From an archaeon (GTDB lineage Archaea > Nanobdellota > Nanobdellia > Woesearchaeales > GW2011-AR9), in NCBI GenBank assembly GCA_023259115.1, contig JAHFQW010000001.1, forward strand, positions 17,929 to 71,897: a stretch of DNA of 53,969 nucleotides, in the 5' to 3' direction. Every line of letters begins with the position of its first letter. Positions within the stretch are counted from its first letter, which is position 1. Positions 39,965 through 50,205 of this stretch are shown piece after piece. The position numbers were made by a program, and so were the translations under genes. A model generated the notes under the pieces. The model was not told where the DNA came from and searched no databases. It saw only the letters and a program-made list of their open reading frames with translations.

Positions 39965-40120
39965 ACTTCTTTATTACTCTGGCAATCATCATTATTTCTA
40001 ATGTCAATAATCCTCTTTATGAATGGGGGAGATTTTAAGTTTTGGTTTTCTCCCATTTAAGTTGAATACTACTGTTTCTTCGACGAAAGGTTTAAAAAGT
40101 AAATGCTTGAGATTGTAGAT

Positions 40121-41683
40121 ATGACAGAGAAGACCACCCCTAGTGAAATTCCTACTAATATCTCTCATAATGCTCCTACTTCTTCTTCAGATGAGTTTGT
40201 GCAACGACCACAACGAGTAGGGCCGCCTGATGAGATTAAGCGTATTTCAGAGTGTGTGTGGGAGTTGCCCACTTCTTATAAATCAAGTATGAGGGTGCCC
40301 GCGAGAATTTATGCGACAGAGGGTATTATTAATGCGATGGATGCGGGTGTGTTTGATCAAGTGACAAATGTGGCGTCTTTGCCAGGCATTGTGAAGTATG
40401 CGTATTGTATGCCTGATGGGCACTGGGGATATGGTTTTCCTATTGGGGGAGTGGCGGCGTTTGATCCGGCAGTAGGAGGAGTTATTTCGCCAGGTGGTAT
40501 TGGGTTTGATGTGAATTGCGGCATGCGTCTTATTACAACGAATTTAATGATTGATGAAGTGAAGCCAAAGATTAAGCAATTGGTTGATGAGTTGTATAAA
40601 GCGGTGCCTGCGGGTGTTGGCTGCAAGGGATTTGTGAAGATTTCAAAAGAAGAATTTACCAATGTGATGGTTGAGGGGGCGCAGTGGTGTGTGAAGAACG
40701 GGTATGCCTGGCCGGAAGATATTGATCATATTGAGGATCGAGGGCGAATTACGTTTGCCAATCCGTTGAAGGTATCTGATAGGGCGGTTAAGCGAGGGTT
40801 TGATCAGTTGGGAACACTTGGTTCAGGAAATCATTATTTAGAGATTCAGGAAGTCAAAGAGGGGATGATTTTTGATCCTGATGTTGCTCGGGCGATGGGG
40901 ATTACCAAAGTTGGGCAGGTTGTGGTGATGGTGCATTGTGGTTCGCGGGGATTTGGTCACCAGATTGCGACAGATCATTTGAAGGTGTTTTTGGATGTGA
41001 TGCCTAAGTATGGTATTGCAGTGTTGGATAAAGAGTTGGCGTGTGCGCCTTTTAATTCTCCGGAAGGGCAGGATTATTATGGTGCAATGGCCTGTGCGGC
41101 AAATATGGCGTTTGCAAATAGGCAAGTGATTACACAGCGGATTCGAGATGTGTTTGCGCATGTGTTTGGTCGGAGTGCGAGAGAGATGGAGATGAATTTG
41201 GTGTATGATGTGGCGCATAATATTGCGAAAGTTGAGAAGTATAAGATTGATGGGGTTGAGAAAGAGTTAGTGGTGCATCGCAAGGGTTCGACACGGGCGT
41301 TTGGTCCGTCACGTACAGCGGATTTGCCTGCGGTGTTTGCGGCAAAAGGCATTGGGCAACCAGTCATCTTAGGGGGCTCGATGGAAACAGGTTCGTATCT
41401 TTTAGTTGGGGTGGATGGGAGTGAGGAGACGTTTTGTTCCACAGCGCATGGGGCCGGGAGAACGATGAGTCGGGCACAAGCGAAGCGAGAAGTGCATGGG
41501 CGTGAGTTGCAGAAAGATATGGAAAAGCGAGGGATTTATGTTCATGCGGTTACGATGGATGGATTGGCTGAGGAAGCGGGAAGAGCGTATAAAGATGTGG
41601 ATGATGTGGTTATGGCGCTGGAGAGAGCAGGGATTACGAAGCGAGTTGTGGCGTTGAAACCAATTGGGAATGTGAAAGGGTAG
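40121..41683 (+). CDS. rtcB: RNA-splicing ligase RtcB
   Basis: MPDGHWGYGFPIGG, GFDVNCG, GSGNHYLE, HCGSRG, HN, HRKG and HGAGR motifs. Start set at MTEKT, 30 bp after TTTAAAAA. Confidence 0.97.
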   Translation: MTEKTTPSEIPTNISHNAPTSSSDEFVQRPQRVGPPDEIKRISECVWELPTSYKSSMRVPARIYATEGIINAMDAGVFDQVTNVASLPGIVKYAYCMPDGHWGYGFPIGGVAAFDPAVGGVISPGGIGFDVNCGMRLITTNLMIDEVKPKIKQLVDELYKAVPAGVGCKGFVKISKEEFTNVMVEGAQWCVKNGYAWPEDIDHIEDRGRITFANPLKVSDRAVKRGFDQLGTLGSGNHYLEIQEVKEGMIFDPDVARAMGITKVGQVVVMVHCGSRGFGHQIATDHLKVFLDVMPKYGIAVLDKELACAPFNSPEGQDYYGAMACAANMAFANRQVITQRIRDVFAHVFGRSAREMEMNLVYDVAHNIAKVEKYKIDGVEKELVVHRKGSTRAFGPSRTADLPAVFAAKGIGQPVILGGSMETGSYLLVGVDGSEETFCSTAHGAGRTMSRAQAKREVHGRELQKDMEKRGIYVHAVTMDGLAEEAGRAYKDVDDVVMALERAGITKRVVALKPIGNVKG

Positions 41684-41845
41684 ATAAGATAGGTGTTTTT
41701 AATTTCTGTACTTGAGTTGGAGAATCTGTTTGGTGCAGTCGTTAGATTTAAATAGGTGATGGTTCTACTTTGGGGTTAGTTATGTTATTAGGGGATATTG
41801 TTTTAAGATTGTTATTTAATAATTGATTATAAAAAAGGTGGGATA

Positions 41846-42553
41846 ATGAAATATAAATTTATGATGTTGAGTGTGTTGATATTGTTCTTGTTAGTTGGTT
41901 GTGCAGAGCAGAAAGCGGTAAGTTCAAGTGATGCTGGGGTGGCGGCAGAGAAGAGTTCGGTGGTAGTTGCAAAAGATGTTTCTACTAATCAGAATGTGCA
42001 AGGAGCTGGTGTGAGTAATACGGCGAGTACAAAGCCTCAAGAAGCTTCTGCTGCGGTTGGTGTAAAAACAGAGGAGGTGAATTCCAAGAGTAGTACGGCG
42101 AGTGGTGTTTGCAAAGTGGGTTGGAAGTGTATTAGTTCAACTTCTCGGGCATATCAGCATGAGGATTGCAGCTGGTCAGATAAAGCGAAGTGTACGTTGA
42201 GTTGTGTTCCTGATACGGGGCAGTGTAAGGCGGCGCAAAAATGTACGTCAGGATTTAAATGTCGCACAGAGGAGATTCGAGGCTACCAAGATGAAGGATG
42301 CGGCTGGACAAAGGAGACGACGTGTGATTTAGGATGTGCTAATGGGGATTGCAAAGTGCAGGTTGTGCAAACTGCTTTTGGGAGTTCTACGGTTTCTGCA
42401 GATGATCCTTATGCGGTTCAAAATAAGACGTCTGGTTGTGGGGCAGGGTATAAATGTGTCAGCAGTGAATATAAAGCATATCAGATGTCTGATTGTTTTG
42501 TGCAGGCGAAAACGTTTTGCGCAAATGGCTGTGTGGCAGGGCAATGCTCATAG
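41846..42553 (+). CDS. Lipoprotein with three Cys-rich repeats
   Basis: LLVGC lipobox; 3 x C..G.KC....YQ...C......C...C...C. Confidence 0.75.
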   Translation: MKYKFMMLSVLILFLLVGCAEQKAVSSSDAGVAAEKSSVVVAKDVSTNQNVQGAGVSNTASTKPQEASAAVGVKTEEVNSKSSTASGVCKVGWKCISSTSRAYQHEDCSWSDKAKCTLSCVPDTGQCKAAQKCTSGFKCRTEEIRGYQDEGCGWTKETTCDLGCANGDCKVQVVQTAFGSSTVSADDPYAVQNKTSGCGAGYKCVSSEYKAYQMSDCFVQAKTFCANGCVAGQCS

Positions 42554-42625
42554 AAAGGTTTTAATAGTTGTTTTTATTATACCTTTTAGATATGTATTAA
42601 TATATTATTGGGTCTATAATATTGG

Positions 42626-42685
42626 TATTGTGGGGTTTGAATAATAGAATAATAGATTGAATATAGGGTTATTCAAAGTCTTTTA
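42626..42685. repeat. Degenerate head-to-head family C repeat pair
   Basis: GGGGTTTGAATAA...TATAGGGTTATTCAAAGTC. The stretch TATAGGGTTATTCAAA is identical to 20320-20335. Confidence 0.55.
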
Positions 42686-42722
42686 TTAATATTCATTTGA
42701 TACAGTTGGTTATGGGGATAAA

Positions 42723-43736
42723 ATGAGTGATGAGGTATATACAATGAAAAAAATAATTTCGATGGTGTTGATGTTTAGTCTGCTTTTGCTGAGTGCTTTT
42801 GCGCTGCAGGAAAATGCGGTTTCTCTGAGTACGCACGTGAGTGATATTAAAGCGCAAGTGGTAGGTAAAGAATTAGCAGGTGCACCTGGGAGTTTATTTG
42901 GTAATGAACGAATTAATGTGCATGTGGCGCTGGATAGTGGCAAAGAGCATGTTGTAGGTGTTGTGACAAAAAATAAGAAAGTGGAGTTGATTGATGAGAA
43001 AGAGTTAGATAATCCTACGTTGAATGTGTATACCTCTGAGAGTGTAATTCGAACGATAGTTGTATCGCATGATCAGTTGGGAGCGTTACAGCAAGCATTA
43101 CAAGATAAAACAATTACCTATACTGCGGTTGGTTTCTTTAATAAGATTAAGTTTTCGTTTGTGTCATTGTTTGCAAAGTTTGGTAAAAAAGGAATTGCGA
43201 ATGAAAAGACGGTTGTGCCTGATGCGAAACCGGCAATAAAAGTGGATGAGAAAATGGATGTGGCAGAAAAAGCAAAAGTTGAGACTGTGGTTAAAGTTCA
43301 ACAGAAAGGATCAGGAGCAGCAGACACAACGGGGCAAATAAGTCCTACTGGTGCAGTTGTTACTAATTCAGCCGGTGCTCGTGTTGATACCGAAAAGCCA
43401 ACAATGACAAAGTTGAGAGAAGCAACAGAAGTAAGTGTGCCGCTACAAGAGAAGGAGAATGAGGTGGTGCATGAGATTTTGATTACCAAATCAGCATTTG
43501 ATCCTAATTCGGTAACGGTGCATGTTGGAGATATTGTGGAGTGGAAGAATGTGCGTGATGCAAAAGATCGTTTGAATAAGGCGATGGTGGTTGGTGGGCA
43601 GCAGTGTTATCATATTAAGAGTAAGATTTTGGCATCGGGTGAGATGTATCGATGGAAGGCAGATAGGCCTGAGACATGTACGATTGTGGAAGGTATCTCT
43701 GCTGTACAAATTAGTACATTAGTGGTTGAAAAATAA
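42723..43736 (+). CDS. Exported protein with C-terminal cupredoxin-like domain
   Basis: Signal peptide MKKIIS...AFA; FDPNSVTVHVGDIVEWKN...LASGEMYRW. Confidence 0.6.
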   Translation: MSDEVYTMKKIISMVLMFSLLLLSAFALQENAVSLSTHVSDIKAQVVGKELAGAPGSLFGNERINVHVALDSGKEHVVGVVTKNKKVELIDEKELDNPTLNVYTSESVIRTIVVSHDQLGALQQALQDKTITYTAVGFFNKIKFSFVSLFAKFGKKGIANEKTVVPDAKPAIKVDEKMDVAEKAKVETVVKVQQKGSGAADTTGQISPTGAVVTNSAGARVDTEKPTMTKLREATEVSVPLQEKENEVVHEILITKSAFDPNSVTVHVGDIVEWKNVRDAKDRLNKAMVVGGQQCYHIKSKILASGEMYRWKADRPETCTIVEGISAVQISTLVVEK

Positions 43737-43829
43737 ACAACTTTAAAGTTATTTTTTTTATTTTAATTTAGTTTGTGAATGAGTGTTTGATTAGTTTAAA
43801 CGTGTGGTTGGTATAAGAGGTGTGGATGT

Positions 43830-44843
43830 TTGAATATTGCGTTTTTTGATATTGAGGCGTGGGAGAAGAAAGTACTGGTGACAGAGTTTTCTAGAGATAA
43901 GTTACTTTTTTTTTCTAGTGGCGTTACAAGTGCGGTTGCGGCAAAACAATGTTCGCAGGTTGAGGTGTTATCTGCGTTTGTGCATACGCCGCTTTCTGCT
44001 AAAATATTAGCACATTTTCCTAAACTGAAAATGATTGCAAGCCGAGGAACGGGATTTGATCATATTGATTTGGCCTATTGCCAGAAAAGAGAGATTATGG
44101 TTTGTAATGTGCCTACGTATGGTGAGAATACGGTGGCGGAGCATGCGTTTGCGTTGATATTGTCGTTGAGTCATAGGATAGTTGAGTCGGTGGAGCGAAC
44201 ACGAGCAGGGAGTTTTGTGTATTCGGGTTTACGTGGGTTTGATTTGAAAGGAAAGACAATAGGGGTTGTTGGCGGGGGGAATATTGGGCAGCATGTTGTG
44301 CAAATTGCTCGAGGATTTGGGATGGATGTGCTGGTGTTTGATTTGAAACAAGATAAACTGTTGGCTCGTAAGTTGGGATTTAGATATGCCGGAATGGAGG
44401 AGTTGCTGCGGGATGCGGATATTGTAACATTACATGTGCCGTATAATAAATACACTCATCATTTGATGGATCGCAAGAAGTTTGGATTGATGAAACGAGG
44501 AGCGTATTTGATTAATACGTCACGAGGAGCGATTGTTGAGACAGATGCGTTAGTTCATGCGTTGAAATCTCATCGCTTGGCGGGAGCTGGATTGGATGTG
44601 CTTGAAGAAGAGGATGAATTGAATCGGGATTTAAGTTTAGCGGGTAAGAGGGGAGTGAGGGTTGAGGAGTTAAAAGTGTTACTTGAGGATCATGCGTTAC
44701 TTGAGATGCCAAATGTGTTGATTACGCCGCATAATGCGTTTAATACGCAGGAAGCGCTTATGCGGATTTTGAATGTGACAATTGAGAATATTCATGCGTT
44801 TGAGAGGGGGAAGAGAGTGAATGTGGTTGAGGTAAAAAAATGA
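43830..44843 (+). CDS. D-2-hydroxyacid dehydrogenase (D-lactate dehydrogenase-like)
   Basis: RGTGFDHID, VAEHA, GGGNIG, LHVP, NTSRG, LDV and TPHNAFNT motifs. Confidence 0.92.
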   Translation: MNIAFFDIEAWEKKVLVTEFSRDKLLFFSSGVTSAVAAKQCSQVEVLSAFVHTPLSAKILAHFPKLKMIASRGTGFDHIDLAYCQKREIMVCNVPTYGENTVAEHAFALILSLSHRIVESVERTRAGSFVYSGLRGFDLKGKTIGVVGGGNIGQHVVQIARGFGMDVLVFDLKQDKLLARKLGFRYAGMEELLRDADIVTLHVPYNKYTHHLMDRKKFGLMKRGAYLINTSRGAIVETDALVHALKSHRLAGAGLDVLEEEDELNRDLSLAGKRGVRVEELKVLLEDHALLEMPNVLITPHNAFNTQEALMRILNVTIENIHAFERGKRVNVVEVKK

Positions 44844-45403
44844 GAAGAATGGTAGGTGTATTTTTTTTGGTGTTGTTGTGTGTTTTGATATTTTTGTTTG
44901 GTTGTGTTAGGTCTGAAAAAGTAAGTGAGGGTGCCGATGTAGTGAGACATGTGCAACTTCCCATCCAACCGGTTATTCAGCAACCTACAAAAGTTGAGAG
45001 TGAACTACCTCCTGTGTTTGAACCGGCTCAAGAGGTTGTAGTAATTAAGAATGAAACGGCTGCTGAGAACAAGATAGTTGTTGAACGTAAAAATGTGACT
45101 GTGCTCTCTGTAAATGTTACGAGTAGTATAGTTCCATTATCGCAAGTTCCAAAAGTGAGTACAAATCATGTGCCGGTGGAAGTTGGTTGTACTGGACCTG
45201 CGGGAAATGATGTGTATGTTCGTGAAACGGTTGTTCGAACATATGATGATGGAGGTGTTGTGAATTTTACGGATCAATGCAAGGGAGCTGATTACTTGTA
45301 TTATTATCAATGTTCGATTGCAGAGAAAGCTCGTTCTGTTTCTTGCAAGTATGTGGCAGGCAAAGGGGCGGTGTGTAGAGAGGGGGCATGTGTGAAGAGT
45401 TAA
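44840..45403 (+). CDS. Lipoprotein with Cys-rich C-terminal domain
   Basis: FLFGC lipobox; FTDQC...YYQC...C...CREGAC. Confidence 0.65.
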   Translation: MRRMVGVFFLVLLCVLIFLFGCVRSEKVSEGADVVRHVQLPIQPVIQQPTKVESELPPVFEPAQEVVVIKNETAAENKIVVERKNVTVLSVNVTSSIVPLSQVPKVSTNHVPVEVGCTGPAGNDVYVRETVVRTYDDGGVVNFTDQCKGADYLYYYQCSIAEKARSVSCKYVAGKGAVCREGACVKS

Positions 45404-45457
45404 TTCTTTTTCTTTTTTTCCTCACATTTTATATACTAGTATTCTTTCTCTTTTTGT

Positions 45458-46665
45458 ATGAATGGGGGTACTAAGATTGGCAGAATTGCGGGTATTGATA
45501 TTCGTTTGCATCTGTCGTGGTGGTTTATACTGGTTCTTCTGAGCTGGAGCTTGGCGACAAGTTATTTCCCGCTGCAATTTAAAGGGTATTCTGTGGGATG
45601 GTATTGGGTGATGGGGGTTATTGCGGCGGTGTTATTGTTTGTGTCGGTGTTGTTGCATGAGCTGAGTCATTCTTTTGTGGCAAGGTGGAAGAATATTGAG
45701 GTTACGAGTATTACGTTGTTCTTTTTTGGCGGGGTTGCAGGGATTACCAAAGAGGATATGAAACCGCAAGATGAGTTTATGATGGCGATTGCGGGGCCGT
45801 TGTTTTCACTTTTCTTAGGGGGATTGTGTTATGTGATGTTTAAGTTTGTTGTCGTGGGTATTTGGCTGCCGATTTTTTCATATTTGTACCAGTTAAATAT
45901 TACGCTTGCGGTGTTTAATTTACTTCCCGCGTTTCCACTTGATGGGGGAAGAGCGTTTCGGGCAGTATTGTATGGGTATATGAAAGATTTGAGTAAAGCG
46001 ACAAAATGGGCAGCGATAGTGAGCAGAGGCTTTGCAATGCTGATGATGGTGCTGGGAGTTGTGAGTTTATTTATTGATTCGGGCAGTGGGGTGTGGTTTA
46101 TTTTACTGGGTGGGTTTTTGTATTTTTTGGCAGGTGTGAGTTATGAGCAGGTTCTAATGCGCCAGACAATGATGAAGTATTGGGTGCGAGAGGTGATGAG
46201 TGAGTTACGTGTGGTTGATCCAACTATGACTTTTTTTGATTTTTTTTCCCAGTATGGGTATATGGGGAGGAGATATTTTATGTTTGTGATGAGAAGTTTC
46301 GCGGGGTTTTGGATATGCGTTTTGTGCAACCAATGTCAATATCAATGCAGCAGGTGGTTTTGTTAAGTCAGGTGGCGATGTCACTAGATGAGTTGAGAAG
46401 TATTGGTTTAAATGATACGGCGTATGAGGCGTTGCAGATGTTATTAAGCCAGAGAGGCGATGTTCTGGTTGTGAAAGAGAGAGGTGAGGTTTTGGGGTTT
46501 GTGATTCGGCGCAGATTAATGGAGAGTGTGGAGCTAGAACTAAAGTTTGGGGTGAGTGGAATTAATGGAACTGAGGATGGTTTGAATGAGAGAGAGATAG
46601 GAAAAATGAATGGGTTGAAACAAAAGAAGAAGAATGCAAAGAAGAAAAAAGTGGTTGGTCGTTAA
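45458..46665 (+). CDS. Site-2 protease (M50) with CBS domains, frameshifted at ~46240-46267
   Basis: HELSH, AGP and FNLLPAFPLDGGR motifs. The CBS-like sequence continues in the -1 frame (EEIFYVCDEKFRGVLDMRF...VLGFV). Confidence 0.8.
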
Positions 46666-46808
46666 TTTTTCCAGTGTTTCTGTTTTTGGTGTTTTGTTTT
46701 GATATATTGCAGATAGTTGAACTCATCGTTGTCTAGGGTGTTTAGGTGGTGTTGATATTCTGGTTGGTTTTGGATGGGTTTTATTTCGCTTGGTTTTAGG
46801 GTTGTCAT
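46662..46808 (-). CDS. 48-aa microprotein (not in ORF track)
   Basis: MTTLKPSEIKPIQNQPEYQHHLNTLDNDEFNYLQYIKTKHQKQKHWKN, with a GAGGTGA RBS and a TTTATAA box upstream. Confidence 0.55.
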   Translation of the reverse strand: MTTLKPSEIKPIQNQPEYQHHLNTLDNDEFNYLQYIKTKHQKQKHWKN

Positions 46809-46943
46809 ATTGTTTCACCTCAGGTTTTTGATGGTTTTATGGTAGAAGATGAGTTATAAATACCCTGTGAAGAGTGTTTCGATAGTTGACTTCTTGAGAG
46901 GCAATCCACAAGTTTTTTAAATAGTGTTTTTATTATATCTATT

Positions 46944-47648
46944 ATGGAGCTTGCAACTATTTGGCATTTATTGTATGGGAAAGATGTGTTTATGGATATT
47001 GTGGGAGTGATTGTTTTGACGCTTATTGGGGTTTTTGCGTTTAAATGTTATCGATTGGATGCAAAAAATAAGAAGTATATGTATTTTGCGTTAGCGTTTT
47101 TTGTTCTGGCAACAGGATTTTTCTTTAAGATTTTAACGAATTTTACGCTCTATTATACGGCGGTTAAAACACAACAGGTGGGGGTGTATATGCTAACATA
47201 TCAGGAAGTGAAGCAGTCGGATGTATTATTTGATGTAGGGCTTTTGGTGTATCGGTTGTTAACGTTACTTGGCTTGTATTGGCTGTATGTGTTGTATTAT
47301 CCCAAACAGGAGAAGTTTGCGATGTTTTTGCAGGTGTGTTTTATTTTAGCGGTGAGTTATTTTTTACGCCAGTCGTATCATATCATTTTTCACTTTATTT
47401 CGTTGTTGTTTTTGGGATTGATTACATGGCATTATTATAAAATATATTGTAAAACAAAAGATTGTTTAGGGAAATATTTGCTGATGAGTTTTGTTGTACT
47501 TGCGTTGAGTCAGTTGTTGCTGATGTTATTTGTAATTCATCCGTTCTTTTATCAAGCGGGGGAAATTGTGCAGTTGATTGGGTATGTAGGGCTTGCGGCG
47601 ACATTTTTTATGGTGCGACGATATGGGAAGAAAGCGTTCAAGAACTGA
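46944..47648 (+). CDS. 7-TM membrane protein (possible sensor)
   Basis: Seven hydrophobic helices; overlaps the downstream wHTH gene. Confidence 0.7.
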   Translation: MELATIWHLLYGKDVFMDIVGVIVLTLIGVFAFKCYRLDAKNKKYMYFALAFFVLATGFFFKILTNFTLYYTAVKTQQVGVYMLTYQEVKQSDVLFDVGLLVYRLLTLLGLYWLYVLYYPKQEKFAMFLQVCFILAVSYFLRQSYHIIFHFISLLFLGLITWHYYKIYCKTKDCLGKYLLMSFVVLALSQLLLMLFVIHPFFYQAGEIVQLIGYVGLAATFFMVRRYGKKAFKN

Positions 47649-47895
47649 TATTATTGGAGATATGCTGGATGTAATTCAGACAAAGCATGGCTCTATTAAA
47701 CAGACGCATCTGATGTATAAGTCTAATTTGTCGTATGGGCAATTGACTTCTTATCTTGAGGAGCTGGTGGATAAGCATTTTGTGGAGAAGATGGATAGAG
47801 GAAGTAATGTGTATGTAATTATTACGGATAAAGGTTCAGAGTTCTTAGAGAAGTTTCGGGAAATGAAGCAGTTCGAGAAGACGTTTGGGTTGTGA
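47623..47895 (+). CDS. Winged-HTH transcriptional regulator
   Basis: KRSRTDIIGDML...THLMYKSNLSY...YLEEL...ITDKG. Confidence 0.85.
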   Translation: MGRKRSRTDIIGDMLDVIQTKHGSIKQTHLMYKSNLSYGQLTSYLEELVDKHFVEKMDRGSNVYVIITDKGSEFLEKFREMKQFEKTFGL

Positions 47896-48023
47896 TGGTG
47901 GGTTTATTTTGTTATAAATTTTACACTCTTTTTATGTTTGAATTCTTTATCTCCTGTGACAAATTTTATGCCGTGAGTGAGTAGATATAACCAATGCAAT
48001 CAAAGAATGAGAGATTTTGTGAT

Positions 48024-48435
48024 TTATTTTGGAACGAGTATTTCTGCGAGATCGGCTAAACGGTTTGCTTCCGTATTGATAATGCTATACATGCGTTGAT
48101 GGTAGAGTTGTAGATTTTGAAGAGTGGTGGTAATTTCATCAAGATTGGCGCATTGTTTCTGATATTTTTTCCAATTTTCTTCTGCGCCTTTAGCTGTTGC
48201 TTCGAGATGTAGTCGTTTTGCTATTTCTTGCGATGTGGCGTAGAAGGGGCTCTCTTTCTCATTTGTTTCTGAGATAACTTTGTTGGTCAATTTTATATAA
48301 ATCAGCTTGAAGTTGGGGAATTCTATCGATTCCTTCGGACCATCCTTTAAATCCTAATTCTTTTAAACGAGGTGCCCACGTATTGTAAGGGATAGTAGCT
48401 GGGGTGTATTGTGTATCTTGGTTCTGTTTTGGCAT
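48024..48435 (-). pseudogene. Probable frameshifted hypothetical gene
   Basis: ATG 48435 (MPKQNQ...ADLYK) joins the 48024-48290 frame if one A is removed from TATAAAATTG. Confidence 0.45.
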
Positions 48436-48508
48436 ATTGTGTTTTTTTGTGTTGGATGTTTTAAATGTTTTGGTTTATTTTTGAGGAGTGTTACTTTTTA
48501 AAATCATG

Positions 48509-49273
48509 TTATGCCATTTTTAGAATAAAGTTTTCATAGGATTTAGTTTGATTGGGATATGTAATCTGTTGATATTCTTGGGCTAATTTGGCCATGATGT
48601 AGGCGCGTTGTTGTGGTTCTTGCAGACCATGTTTGATTCTGATTTCGCCTTGTGGTTTGAGGAAGGAGATGGCTTGTTTGAGGATGTTGTAGATTATGGT
48701 GACGCGTGGGACATCTTTTTCAACCACTTCAAGAAAAAAGGTGAGATCAGGGGGGTTTAGGTTACCTCCAAGAATTTCTTTTTGAGTTTGTTCAAGGTAA
48801 TTAAAGAAACGAAAAGTTATGTCCTGCTGTTTTCTAGAGGGATCATGCTTGAGTAAAGCTACGCCTAATGATTCAGGGAAGAGGATGTAATCAAATTTTT
48901 TTTTGAGATTGGGCCAAGGAGAGGTGAGGTCAAAGAGATGATGTCGGAATCCGGCTTGGAATATTTTTTGGTCAAGATAGAGATCTGAGGTGTGGATGTT
49001 TTTTTTTGGTATGTCGAAGCCTTTGTTGAGAAGACGTTCAAGATGGCCTTCTCCGCAGCCTACACTGAGCAGGGCTGCATTTTGGGTGAGATTTTGGATG
49101 AGATCGGGGGTGATGATTTCAGCTTTGAAATACCACATGGCGGAGAAGTATGAATAGTTCTTTTTTTCGATGTAGTAGATATCTGTATGCTGTTCTTCTT
49201 TGGGGAATACTTCTATTATCTTTTGTTGTGCGATTGATATTAATTCTGTTTGGTTTAAAGAGAGGTAGTTCAT
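48509..49273 (-). CDS. SAM-dependent methyltransferase-like protein
   Basis: LLSVGCGEG, FDYILFPES and LKPQGEI motifs. Confidence 0.65.
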   Translation of the reverse strand: MNYLSLNQTELISIAQQKIIEVFPKEEQHTDIYYIEKKNYSYFSAMWYFKAEIITPDLIQNLTQNAALLSVGCGEGHLERLLNKGFDIPKKNIHTSDLYLDQKIFQAGFRHHLFDLTSPWPNLKKKFDYILFPESLGVALLKHDPSRKQQDITFRFFNYLEQTQKEILGGNLNPPDLTFFLEVVEKDVPRVTIIYNILKQAISFLKPQGEIRIKHGLQEPQQRAYIMAKLAQEYQQITYPNQTKSYENFILKMA

Positions 49274-49374
49274 TTTTTAATTTTTAATTGTAATTCTTGA
49301 ATGAAATTTTTATCATTAAATGTTGTCATAATCTTATTGTTGTGGTGAGGGTTTTCATTTCTTTTGGAATTGTG

Positions 49375-49749
49375 TCATTTCTGTTCCCCTAATTCTTTTA
49401 ATCTATCAAATAATTTCTCTGCTCCTCTTTGGTTTTGTCTTTCAAAGATATGGTAGACTTCGATGTTTTTTTCAGTTAATGTGGGGGTATAGGTTTCTTT
49501 AGTTAAGTCTGTGGTAAAGTAGATGATGGGGATGGCTGTATGTTTACGAATGGCTCTTGCTAATCCTGCATCGGTTTCACTTTGTCCATGGATGAGCAAT
49601 GCGTCTAGGGTGTGTTGGGGAATATACGATGGTTCAAAATTATCTGCGTTGAAGTATTCTTTTTCTAGAGATGATTTTGCTTCTGTAATTATACCTAATA
49701 CTTTTGCTATTGGACTTTCTAGATTTTGGGTGATGATGCCGATTTTCAT
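49375..49749 (-). CDS. Degenerate receiver-like / flavodoxin-fold protein
   Basis: MKIGII...DALLIHG...GLARAIRKHTAIPIIYFT. Confidence 0.45.
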   Translation of the reverse strand: MKIGIITQNLESPIAKVLGIITEAKSSLEKEYFNADNFEPSYIPQHTLDALLIHGQSETDAGLARAIRKHTAIPIIYFTTDLTKETYTPTLTEKNIEVYHIFERQNQRGAEKLFDRLKELGEQK

Positions 49750-49764
49750 GGTTTATTTTCTCTC

Positions 49765-50166
49765 CTAGTCATAATTTAAGAGGTATATTTTAGCATTATG
49801 TTCTGGTATGATCTCAGGAATTATTGTTCTTGGTATGATACGTGTGTGCATATCTCCTAGATCATATGAAATGGATGTTCGAAGTAGTGCGATATTTTTA
49901 TTTTCCTCCCAATCATCTATGCCCATTTCTGTTAAAGACGGTTTTTCGGTTGTTAAGAGATATATTTTATCATGTATTTCAAACTCACAAAAATCACATG
50001 GACGTGATGTAAGATAGAGTGTATCTGTTAATGAGAGAAGTTCTTGTGCTGCGGCAATAAAATGATCTTCCATAACATATTCTGGATCGAATAAATCAAG
50101 ATGGGGATTTTGTTGTTGTACTCTTTGTACTAAATCATATGGTTTTGGTGGTTGTATGATGGTCAT
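49765..50166 (-). CDS. Hypothetical protein
   Basis: 133 aa with GGAG RBS. Confidence 0.6.
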   Translation of the reverse strand: MTIIQPPKPYDLVQRVQQQNPHLDLFDPEYVMEDHFIAAAQELLSLTDTLYLTSRPCDFCEFEIHDKIYLLTTEKPSLTEMGIDDWEENKNIALLRTSISYDLGDMHTRIIPRTIIPEIIPEHNAKIYLLNYD

Positions 50167-50205
50167 TTTATTTTCTCCGTTATTTTTCTTTGTTTTAATT
50201 TTTAT

